From: Victivallales bacterium
GTDB lineage: Bacteria > Verrucomicrobiota > Lentisphaeria > Victivallales > GWF2-50-93
Length of the DNA stretch: 64,000 nt
Direction of reading: 5' to 3'
NCBI GenBank assembly: GCA_049297395.1
Contig: JBAQUG010000221.1
Span: 3,301 to 67,300 of the forward strand
The position numbers and the translations under genes were made by a program. Positions 9,206-17,248 of this stretch are shown in pieces. Every line of letters starts with the position of its first letter. The first letter of the stretch is position 1. The notes under the pieces were generated by a model, which saw nothing but the letters and a program-made list of their open reading frames with translations, made no database searches and was not told the DNA's origin.

Positions 9206-11785
9206 ATGAGCACAGATAAGTTTTTCCCACTGCGACCAAGATCGAGCCCTACGATTTACGCCTACGATGACACCAACCCGCAGTATGCCGGGTTGCTAAA
9301 GATCGGCTATACCACGGCGGATGCGCAATCCCGTGTGGCTCAGCAATACCCCACGTTGAAACCCGGCAAACCGCCATACCGGATCGTCCTGGAAGAATCG
9401 GCCATGTGCGGAGACGGGTCGGGCTTCACGGATCATGATGTGCATCGTTACTTGCGGATGATTGGCGTCAAGAATCCGGACGGCGAGTGGTTCTGTTGTA
9501 AGGCGGAACAGGTCAAGGCTGCGGTGATTGCGGTACGGACCGGGCAACTGAACGAAGAAAACCGATCACTTGATTTCAAGATGCGGCCGGAACAGGAAGC
9601 GGCGGTTGAAAAGACCATCGTCTATTTCAAGAGTTCCCGCAGAGAGAACAAGAGCAAGCCGCCACACTTCCTTTGGAACGCCAAGATGCGGTTTGGCAAG
9701 ACTTTTGCCGCCTATCAGTTGGCAAAGAAAATGGGTTGGCGCAAAGTGATGGTGCTGACATTCAAGCCGGCGGTGCAAAATGCGTGGAATGATGACTTGA
9801 ATCAGCATGTCGATTTCAAGGGCTGGCAGTTCATCTCCTCGCGCGATTTGCCTCCTGAAGGTGCGCCTCACGCAAAGCCGCCGTTCGTATGCTTCGGCTC
9901 ATTTCAGGACTATCTCGGCAGGAATACAAGTACAGGCGGAATCAAGACCAAGAACGAATGGGTACATGCGACCAACTGGGATTGCGTGATTCTTGACGAG
10001 TATCACTATGGAGCGTGGCGCGAGAACTCCAAGGAGCTGTTTGAGGCGGAGGACGAGAAAGAAGTAGAGTTCGGCGAAGGGGAAGGCATCGAGGTCTTTG
10101 ACGAAGAGATCATGCCGATCACGACTGGCGGTTATCTCTACCTGTCCGGCACACCGTTCCGGGCTATTGCGACGGGCGAGTTTATTGAGGAACAGATATT
10201 CAACTGGACTTACTCAGATGAACAGCGGTTCAAGCAGGACTGGAAAGGGGCAAACAATCCCTACGCCGCACTGCCGCGAATGGTCATGTTAACCTATCAA
10301 ATGCCGGATGCGATTCGGGAAATCGCCAGGCAGGGCGAGTTCGACGAGTTCGACCTGAACGTCTTCTTTTCAGCAGAAGGCTTGGGCGACAAGGCGAAGT
10401 TCAAGTACGAGGAGGAAGTTCAAAAGTGGCTGGACCTGATCCGGGGTTCGTTCATGCCGACTAGCGTGGATAACCTGAAGCTCGGCGCGCAGAAACCGCC
10501 GATGCCGTTTTCGGATGTGCGGTTGCTGAACGTGCTTTCTCACACCTTCTGGTTCCTGCCCAGTGTCGCTTCGTGTTATGCCATGCGCAACCTACTGAAG
10601 AAAAAGCATAACCGCTTCTATCACGATTACAAGGTGATTGTGGCGGCCGGAAGCGCCGCTGGCATCGGGGTTGCGGCACTGCCGCCCGTGCTGGAGGGTA
10701 TGGACGAGCCGCTAAAGACCAAGACGATCACCCTGTCATGCGGGAAGCTGACAACAGGCGTAACAGTCAGGCCGTGGACCGGTATTCTCATGCTGCGTAA
10801 TTCCTCCTCACCTGAAACCTACTTCCAGGCTGCCTTCCGGGTGCAGTCCCCTTGGACAGTCAGAAATCCCGACGGCGCTTCGCCGAATCAGGAGCAGATC
10901 ATCAAGGAGGAGTGCTACGTCTTTGACTTCGCGCCTGACCGGGCATTGCGGCAGATCGCCGATTACAGTTGCCGTCTGAATGTCAACGAGTCCAATCCCG
11001 AGAAGAAAGTTGAGGAGTTCATCAGTTTCCTGCCCGTCCTAGCCTATGACGGCAGTTCCATGAAACAGATTGACGCCGCCGGTATTTTGGATATGGCCAT
11101 GAGCGGCACAACCGCCACACTGCTTGCGCGGCGCTGGGAGAGTGCATTGCTGGTGAATGTGGACAATGACACGCTCAGACGCCTCATGGACAATCCCAAA
11201 GCCATGGAAGCCCTTAGGAGCATCGAGGGATTCCGGAATCTGAACCAGGACATCGAGACCATCATCAACAAGTCCGAAGCGGTAAAGAAGGCGCGGAAGG
11301 AAGCCAATGACGAAGAACTTTCCGCCAAGGAAAAGAAGGAACTGACCGAGGAAGAGAAAGAGTACAAGGGCAAGAGAAGGGAGATTCAGGAGAAGCTCAT
11401 CAAGTTTGCCACGCGGATACCAATCTTCATGTACCTGACCGACTACCGCGAGCGATGCTTGAAAGATGTTATCACGCAATTGGAGCCGAAGTTATTCAAG
11501 AAAGTCACCGGATTGACCATGAAGGACTGTGAGTTGCTCTTGAGTATTAACGTCTTCAATAGCGGAAAGATGAATGAGGCGGTATTAGGGTTTAAACGGT
11601 ACGAGGATGCCAGTTTGAGTTACACCGGCATCAACAAGCACGAGGGCGAAGACATCGGGCTTTATGACACGGTATTGACCCGCAGGGATGCGCAAATGGT
11701 GTTTGAGAATGCCACCGCCGAAGAAGTATATGGAGCTATGAAAGGAAAGGGCCAACAAAACGTTCGAAAAACGATAGAGGGATAG
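9206..11785 (+). CDS. GIY-YIG/T5orf172-like nuclease domain fused to an SF2 (DEAH-like) helicase; Res-like restriction subunit
   Basis: The N-terminal ~110 aa (IYAYDD...GLLKIGYT...DGEWF) follow the pattern of GIY-YIG-superfamily T5orf172-type domains. Helicase motifs follow: MRFGKT (I), VILDEYHYG (II), LSGTP (III) and QAAFRVQSP (VI-like). The 859-aa frame is intact. AAAGGA RBS upstream. Confidence 0.7.
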   Translation: MSTDKFFPLRPRSSPTIYAYDDTNPQYAGLLKIGYTTADAQSRVAQQYPTLKPGKPPYRIVLEESAMCGDGSGFTDHDVHRYLRMIGVKNPDGEWFCCKAEQVKAAVIAVRTGQLNEENRSLDFKMRPEQEAAVEKTIVYFKSSRRENKSKPPHFLWNAKMRFGKTFAAYQLAKKMGWRKVMVLTFKPAVQNAWNDDLNQHVDFKGWQFISSRDLPPEGAPHAKPPFVCFGSFQDYLGRNTSTGGIKTKNEWVHATNWDCVILDEYHYGAWRENSKELFEAEDEKEVEFGEGEGIEVFDEEIMPITTGGYLYLSGTPFRAIATGEFIEEQIFNWTYSDEQRFKQDWKGANNPYAALPRMVMLTYQMPDAIREIARQGEFDEFDLNVFFSAEGLGDKAKFKYEEEVQKWLDLIRGSFMPTSVDNLKLGAQKPPMPFSDVRLLNVLSHTFWFLPSVASCYAMRNLLKKKHNRFYHDYKVIVAAGSAAGIGVAALPPVLEGMDEPLKTKTITLSCGKLTTGVTVRPWTGILMLRNSSSPETYFQAAFRVQSPWTVRNPDGASPNQEQIIKEECYVFDFAPDRALRQIADYSCRLNVNESNPEKKVEEFISFLPVLAYDGSSMKQIDAAGILDMAMSGTTATLLARRWESALLVNVDNDTLRRLMDNPKAMEALRSIEGFRNLNQDIETIINKSEAVKKARKEANDEELSAKEKKELTEEEKEYKGKRREIQEKLIKFATRIPIFMYLTDYRERCLKDVITQLEPKLFKKVTGLTMKDCELLLSINVFNSGKMNEAVLGFKRYEDASLSYTGINKHEGEDIGLYDTVLTRRDAQMVFENATAEEVYGAMKGKGQQNVRKTIEG

Positions 11786-11854
11786 CGTGAGCAATTCAGA
11801 CCTTGATAAATATCTTACTGCTTTTTGTTCGCTTCATCTCAATAGTCGACATTC

Positions 11855-11869
11855 GGGTCTGGCACCATA
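11855..11869. repeat. Right inverted-repeat arm of the R-M-like island
   Basis: GGGTCTGGCACCATA is the exact reverse complement of 5683-5697. Confidence 0.7.
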
Positions 11870-12048
11870 TTCATTCATATTCATTATATTATACACTTAC
11901 TGCCGTCCCATGGATGAATGGATTGCCGGATGGTTGCGTATCAAAGACATAAGAATAGAACAATCCTGTAACAAATTCGCAAAATGACTTTTCCGTTTTT
12001 TGCATACAGGATAGCCCTTTTAGATTTTCTTTGAACTCAAACCCATTC

Positions 12049-12090
12049 ATCCAACAATCCATCCATCCGTCATCCTGTGGGATGACTCTG
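12049..12090. repeat. 42-nt repeat containing a 7-bp-stem hairpin; second copy (inverted) at 46194-46235
   Basis: ATCCAACAATCCATCCATCCGTCATCCTGTGGGATGACTCTG matches the reverse complement of 46194-46235 at 39 of 42 positions by hand alignment. Internal hairpin GTCATCC-TGTG-GGATGAC. Confidence 0.65.
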
Positions 12091-12160
12091 GAATAAGGTC
12101 GTATACATGTGACGCCGTGGCATCCAACTTCCTTGGACAGTCAACTGAGAACTCCTTCCT

Positions 12161-13321
12161 TCATCCTCCGAGCTCGATGCAGCGTTTCCTATAATGGAGA
12201 TAATTCTCATAGGGTGTTTCTTCCGGAACCCCGTGATCTATTGTCGGAATATATCCGCCGCGTTCCCGTAGAGGTGGAATGATTCTCTCCACCATCTCGT
12301 CTATATCCTTCTTGCTTTTTGCGAGAATCCGTTTGTCCATGCCTCCGCTCATGACAAGATTCGGGTATTCCCTGCCTGTCCTGACGACATCGCATCCCGA
12401 TGCTACTTCGAACGGACTCATCACATCCATTCTAATTTTTTCCGTATAAACGGGAATGACAGGATCTGCAAATCCATCCGTGTCAATCTGGACGTACAGG
12501 TGGCGCTCATTGTCGATCTGCCTTTTTTTGAGGTTGGAAACGAGCTGCTGATAATATGGAGTCAGGAATTCCTTCATCATGTCCGGGGAGACCAGCGGGC
12601 CATGGTTGTAGCAGATGTCCTCGGCAAAATAAATTTCATCGATGGTAACATGCTTCTGGTGCCTAGCAATGACTGAATCCGCCAGGTTGAACCATGTCTT
12701 CATGCAGTCATGGATGAGATCTGGCGTGTCGTAGAACATGAAAAGCAATTCACCGGGACCGATAAGGCTTCTCAGGAACATAAAGCCTCCGATGAGATTC
12801 TGCGTAATGATATATCCTTCCTTTGCCGCACCTATTGCCTTTGGAATTGAATCTGCTATTGCCTTGATGCGCTCGGGGGTGTCCGGCGTGAGCCTCCATT
12901 TCACATTCTGCTCCCAGGTCTTCCAATCTTTCACAGGGTGGTCTATGTATTCCGGCATATATCCTGAACGCCTTCCCTTGAAGAAGAGGACATGGCGGCC
13001 TGCGTAATCCTGCACAACCTCGCATTCACCCCGGTCCTCAATTACCTTATCTTCGAAGATAGGGAAGAACTGGGCTTCACACCAGCCGAGCTGGCCAAGT
13101 CCGCGATTACCCTGTGGATCATATGAGAATAGCTTTTCCAGGGGGACATCCTGCGGCATTCCCTGCTCCTTCCAGCGTTCCAGGCAGTAGAATCCGAATT
13201 CACGCCTGAGCAGCGGAGCTCCCGGAACCATATTGTAGGCGGCGCGCAGCTTCTTCGCGCCGGGTACTGTTTTTTCCTCGGGAAGAAGCCCATGTATTCC
13301 ATCCAAAATCTTATTCTTCAT
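12161..13321 (-). CDS. Uroporphyrinogen decarboxylase (URO-D)-family protein, MtaA/CmuA-like TIM barrel
   Basis: The C-terminal pattern DTDGFADPVIPVYTEKIRMDVMSPFEVASGCD...GGMDKRILAKSKKDIDEMVERIIPPLRERGGYIPTIDHGVPEE is typical of URO-D-family proteins found in sugar loci. The start is placed at Met 13321 (MKNKILDG) because GGAGGA lies 7 nt upstream; the ORF track start is 13336. Confidence 0.6.
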   Translation of the reverse strand: MKNKILDGIHGLLPEEKTVPGAKKLRAAYNMVPGAPLLRREFGFYCLERWKEQGMPQDVPLEKLFSYDPQGNRGLGQLGWCEAQFFPIFEDKVIEDRGECEVVQDYAGRHVLFFKGRRSGYMPEYIDHPVKDWKTWEQNVKWRLTPDTPERIKAIADSIPKAIGAAKEGYIITQNLIGGFMFLRSLIGPGELLFMFYDTPDLIHDCMKTWFNLADSVIARHQKHVTIDEIYFAEDICYNHGPLVSPDMMKEFLTPYYQQLVSNLKKRQIDNERHLYVQIDTDGFADPVIPVYTEKIRMDVMSPFEVASGCDVVRTGREYPNLVMSGGMDKRILAKSKKDIDEMVERIIPPLRERGGYIPTIDHGVPEETPYENYLHYRKRCIELGG

Positions 13322-13448
13322 ATAAATATCCTCCATTGTTAAAGAGTTTAAAGATATGCCTGCCCCTTGTGTCAGCCACGAAAATAATCATTTATGCATT
13401 AAAATGGAATAGACAAAACGGCATAAAGAATATATAATTCGGCATATT

Positions 13449-14297
13449 ATGAAAAAGCCATCATTGCCCACAGGAAACAACGAATGTTCAATGGCGCCGG
13501 GTCCCGCAGGGATAAGCGCAATGAACCTCAAGTGCGTATGGAAGGTCGATGAAGGTCCGTCCTATGACTGCTCCTGCGACAAGGGAAGCCAGAGGGAGCT
13601 TATCGCGATAAGGACGCTTGAAGGCGCTGGCAGGATATATATAAAGGACTCGGGCATCATCGATATGCCGTCAACTTCTCTGCTTGTCGTGGAGGCGAAC
13701 AAAATCAAGCGCTATCATTGCGCCGCAGAAAGATGGCGCTTCTGGTGGTTTGAATTTACAGTTTCCGGTTCCCTTCCCTTTCCTCTTTATTCCTTGATGC
13801 ATGTAAAGGAAGAATCAGACGAGGAAAAGAAATTAAGGGGACTTTTCCTGAACCTGCTGCATAAGAGTTATATGCTTAGATGCAGGGCTTCGGCTCTTTT
13901 CACAGGCATCGTCTATGAATGGATCGGAACTTGGAACAGGGACAGGAAAACCACGCCAGCACAAGAGGCTCTTGAACGTGTGATCGCTCTCATGCACCAG
14001 AGGATACGGAAAGGATTTCCAGTAAGGGAAATGGCGAAGATCGCATGTCTGAGCGAGAGAGGTTTCCGTCAGACATTCACCGCTGAGACCGGATTATCAC
14101 CGAAAAAATATTTTGACAGGATCCGTCTTGAACAGGCCCGCAGCCTTCTTGATCTCGGAGTCTATTCCGTTTCAGAAGTGTCGGAAAGGCTTGGTTATGC
14201 CAATCCATTTCATCTCAGCAGGGCATTCAAGGATTATTACGGGGTGGCTCCTTCAAAGGTTTCCAGAAAGGACATAGCCACCTTGAAACTATTATGA
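13449..14297 (+). CDS. AraC-family transcriptional regulator
   Basis: C-terminal double HTH: MAKIACLSERGFRQTFTAETGLSPKKYFDRIRLEQARSLL...VSERLGYANPFHLSRAFKDYYGVAPSK. Confidence 0.85.
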   Translation: MKKPSLPTGNNECSMAPGPAGISAMNLKCVWKVDEGPSYDCSCDKGSQRELIAIRTLEGAGRIYIKDSGIIDMPSTSLLVVEANKIKRYHCAAERWRFWWFEFTVSGSLPFPLYSLMHVKEESDEEKKLRGLFLNLLHKSYMLRCRASALFTGIVYEWIGTWNRDRKTTPAQEALERVIALMHQRIRKGFPVREMAKIACLSERGFRQTFTAETGLSPKKYFDRIRLEQARSLLDLGVYSVSEVSERLGYANPFHLSRAFKDYYGVAPSKVSRKDIATLKLL

Positions 14298-14407
14298 GAC
14301 GATTAGCAGTGGTTATGCCTGTCAGAGGTTTCCATCCTTGACTTTACCTGCTTGCATGGTTAGTTTTCCTTGTGTTGTTTTTATGATATCGGGCAATTTT
14401 AACGGCA

Positions 14408-14839
14408 GTGTTTATTATGAGCGAATGCATAATTGAGAAGAAAGCGATTACCGATAATATTGAAGAATTGAGCACGCTTTCCGATCTGGCCTTGCAGAAA
14501 TTCAATATTCCGGAGAACAAGCGCCAGGAACTGATGATGGCACTGGATGAGGCCATCACAAATATCGTACTTCACGGATACTCCGGCAAAGATGGCGATA
14601 TAAAAATCGTGATAGCCCGGAAGAATGAGTATGTGACGGTGGAACTGGTGGACAGCGGGAGGGTATTTGATCCCACCGCCTTTCCCGAACCCGACTTGAA
14701 TGTCCCTATCGAGGAAAGAAAGATCGGAGGAATGGGTGTTCCACTCATCAGGAAATTCACGGACGGCATGGAATATTATCACAGCAATGGAATCAATCAT
14801 TTTATTCTAACAAAAAAAACAGGGGTGGCAAATGGCTGA
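14408..14839 (+). CDS. Anti-sigma-factor-type serine kinase (RsbW/SpoIIAB-like GHKL ATPase)
   Basis: 143 aa. N-box-like LDEAITNIVLHGY and G-box-like GGMGVPLIRKF. Overlaps a STAS gene by 8 nt. The track start is a GTG; Met at 14417 is an alternative start. Confidence 0.75.
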   Translation: MFIMSECIIEKKAITDNIEELSTLSDLALQKFNIPENKRQELMMALDEAITNIVLHGYSGKDGDIKIVIARKNEYVTVELVDSGRVFDPTAFPEPDLNVPIEERKIGGMGVPLIRKFTDGMEYYHSNGINHFILTKKTGVANG

Positions 14840-15182
14840 AAGACTTCAGATAATAGAGGAAAAGCGAAAAGGCGTCAATATCCTGCGAATCAGGAATACG
14901 GTGCTGCTTGAACCGCAGGCTGCCGATGAAATGACGAAAATCCTTTCTGATGCATTTGATTCAGGATCGCTGAAAGTCATTATAAACATCGCAAACGTGA
15001 CAAGGATGTCAAGCCTGTTTTTCCGGTCCTTCATCATCGCCGGGAAAAAAGCCAAGGAGAAAAATGCCGTCATGATCTTCTGCAATGTTTCTCCGACAAT
15101 CAAAGCCGGTTTTGACATGATGGGGCTCGGAGCCTACTTCAAGATCTACCCTGAAGAGTCAAATGCCCTTGATAACATTTAG
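14832..15182 (+). CDS. STAS-domain anti-sigma-factor antagonist-like protein (RsbV/SpoIIAA-like)
   Basis: 116 aa and translationally coupled to the kinase gene. The call rests on size, context and a Ser-containing segment (NVTRMSSLFF) at the expected position. Confidence 0.6.
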   Translation: MAERLQIIEEKRKGVNILRIRNTVLLEPQAADEMTKILSDAFDSGSLKVIINIANVTRMSSLFFRSFIIAGKKAKEKNAVMIFCNVSPTIKAGFDMMGLGAYFKIYPEESNALDNI

Positions 15183-15510
15183 GGTCCGCTAAAAAATAAC
15201 TTGGGTATTTGCTGGCGAAGATTTCGGATGGATTATCATGGTGCGAAAGAGGAACATATCTAAAGATATTTGACGATTGAGCAACGTGATAAGCGGCCGG
15301 AAGAACGCCAGCCCCTTGGGACGTGAATCCATGCATTGTACGTATTCAGTAAACTACTCTTGTTTACTGAATCCGTACTCCAAATAAAATATGAGGAACT
15401 GTTCATTTCGCGTTTTATTAGATGTAAAGATTCACTGAACGAACATGGTTCAGTGAATCTTTACCGCCTGTATCTCCCGTCAAATGCCCAAGTTATTTTT
15501 TAGCGGGCCC
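15182..15510. mobile_element. MITE-like element: 30-bp terminal inverted repeats enclosing two hairpin modules
   Basis: GGGTCCGCTAAAAAATAACTTGGGTATTTG (15182-15211) matches the reverse complement of 15481-15510 at 28 of 30 positions. Inside are a B-type hairpin (15338-15378) and an A-type hairpin (15424-15464), both also found at 40227-40316. No ORF. Confidence 0.5.
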
Positions 15511-15524
15511 TTAGTTCATGACAA

Positions 15525-16090
15525 TCAATATCTTGCAATGGTTTCTAGGATTAGATCGTATGTTCTTTCCGTCTGGGACAGCATGAACTTGTAATACTTC
15601 TTTTCATTGCCCTGGACTGTCTTAGGCACAGGATCAGGCATAACCTGCTGGAAATTGCTACGGTAGCCATGGCAGCTGCTGTAGTCCATCTTATATTTCG
15701 AATTCATCCATTGCTCGGTCAGGATTTTTTTCGAAAGGTCTTCGCGTGAGGCCTTGTTGCCAGGAAGCTCCATGGGACAGGATCACGTCGTATTTCGAGC
15801 TGCTGACCGGCTTGATGGAAAGATCATACCTTTTGTTCTGGGAATCCAAGGCATAGCACTTGCTCATGTCGAAATGGGGGGCCGGTGAAACCCTCGAAAT
15901 AGAAACCATGCAGGCTGAAGCCCTGGGGATTGATTGCAACCTGGTAGACGACGGTCGCCTTGCCGTCGGGCTGCGGTGAAAGCGACACCTCGGCGAACTC
16001 CCAGTCTATCGCCATGGATGCCACGGCTGTGGACACCAAAAGCAGGAACGACAGCAATATTTTACCGATGATTGGAAATTTTGAATTCAT
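15525..16090 (-). pseudogene. Secreted hypothetical protein gene interrupted by two frameshifts
   Basis: Three consecutive minus-strand ORFs in different frames read as one protein. They are the signal-peptide part at 15824-16090 (MNSKFPIIGKILLSFLLLVSTAVA), 15691-15939 and 15525-15773. The first shift coincides with a C6 run on the coding strand (G6 at 15876-15881). Removing one C joins ...FEGFTGP to PHFDMSKCYALDSQ... Confidence 0.5.
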
Positions 16091-16127
16091 AGCTTAAAGA
16101 TAAGACGTTATCAATTGAAAGTCAAAA

Positions 16128-16436
16128 TCATAGTTTTGAAGTCGCCGATATTTCACCCATGTCTATTTTCATTTTGAAATTCCTGACGGTCAGAATTTCG
16201 ATCCCCTTGTCGGCAATCTGATAAATGATCCTGTAATTTCCATGTATTATTTCCCGGATTGCGGAATTATTGATTTCAGGAACAATCCGTCCGCTTTCCG
16301 GAAAAGCTTCAAGCCGTTTGACGGAGTTGAAAATCTTCCTGACCCACTTTACGGCCTCGGCGCTGCTGTCCTGAGAAATATATGAAGCTGTCTCAGCTAC
16401 TCTGTCAATTGCCAGTGGAGACCAGGTTATCTTCAT
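16128..16436 (-). CDS. Type II toxin, RelE/ParE family
   Basis: 102 aa. The pattern ...RLEAFPESGRIVPE...IREIIHGNYRIIYQI...IEILTVRNF is classic ParE/RelE. Overlaps the upstream antitoxin gene by 4 nt. Confidence 0.85.
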   Translation of the reverse strand: MKITWSPLAIDRVAETASYISQDSSAEAVKWVRKIFNSVKRLEAFPESGRIVPEINNSAIREIIHGNYRIIYQIADKGIEILTVRNFKMKIDMGEISATSKL

Positions 16437-16741
16437 GACACGATCTTATCCATGACGGTCTTTAACGCGGATTCATGGGACATCCCCTTTCCGTCTGCAA
16501 ACTGTTTTCTCGCTGTTCCAATATCATCCACGAGTTCAAGATGTTCGATGAGATCCTCGTATTCGTCAACCCCGAGAAGGACAGCAGCTGACTTTCCGTG
16601 CTGTGTCACTACAATCGGACGCCTTGTCATTTTGACTTTGTTTATCAGTCCGGTTGCATTGGCCCTGAACTTAGACAAGGGATAGACATCCTCATTTAAA
16701 AGTATCCTGTTCATAAGATTTTTCTCGCTTATATCGTACAA
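16433..16741 (-). CDS. Type II antitoxin, Phd/YefM family
   Basis: 102 aa. The pattern ...LSKFRANATGLINKVKMTRRPIVVTQHGKSAAVLLGVDEYEDL matches the Phd/YefM N-terminal fold signature. Confidence 0.85.
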   Translation of the reverse strand: MYDISEKNLMNRILLNEDVYPLSKFRANATGLINKVKMTRRPIVVTQHGKSAAVLLGVDEYEDLIEHLELVDDIGTARKQFADGKGMSHESALKTVMDKIVS

Positions 16742-16827
16742 TTATTTGTACATAATATTGCACCAAATAAAGATTTTTCAAAAAAATAATAAAATTTTCT
16801 TTTCCCGGCTTGCATCGCCGTGTTATA

Positions 16828-16851
16828 TGTGTATTATTACACTAATACACA
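16828..16851 (+). promoter_or_regulatory. Perfect 9-bp inverted repeat abutting the GntR start codon (candidate YtrA-type operator)
   Basis: TGTGTATTA-N6-TAATACACA ends 1 nt before the ATG at 16852. A possible -35 TTGCAT (16810-16815) and -10 TATTAT (16832-16837) would leave almost no 5' leader. Confidence 0.45.
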
Positions 16852-17244
16852 ATGATTATAACAATTGACACGCACAGTGGAATGCCTATTTTCCGGCAGA
16901 TATTAGACCAGATAAGCCGGCAGATCCTGACTGGACAGCTCAAAACCGGCGAACAGCTGCCTCCTATCAGGGAATTCTCCGCCGAACTCAAGATAAATCC
17001 CATGACCCTCAGCAAGACCTACTCCATACTGGAATCGGAAGGCTACCTCGAAAGACGAAGAGGAATAGGACTTTTTGTGAAGAAGATGGAAACTTCAGAA
17101 AGTTCATCGGTCAAAACAGAACTCGCGGAGGAAATCCTCAAGACTGCGGCTGTCAATATTTCCCAGCTTGGAATCAATGAGGATACCGCCTTGAAGATTT
17201 TCTCCAGACACTACAGGAAATATAAAAGCAAAATGGAGGAGTGA
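16852..17244 (+). CDS. GntR-family (YtrA-like, short) transcriptional regulator
   Basis: The winged HTH LPPIREFSAELKINPMTLSKTYSILESEGYLERRRGIGLFV, a 130-aa length, and a following ABC ATPase match YtrA-type operons. Confidence 0.85.
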   Translation: MIITIDTHSGMPIFRQILDQISRQILTGQLKTGEQLPPIREFSAELKINPMTLSKTYSILESEGYLERRRGIGLFVKKMETSESSSVKTELAEEILKTAAVNISQLGINEDTALKIFSRHYRKYKSKMEE

Positions 17245-17248
17245 TATC

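Noticed and set aside
11787-11987. A 66-aa ORF immediately after the helicase-nuclease gene.
   Set aside because: It starts with GTG overlapping the upstream stop, it runs through the island's right inverted repeat and GGATG-rich repeats, and it has no family resemblance.
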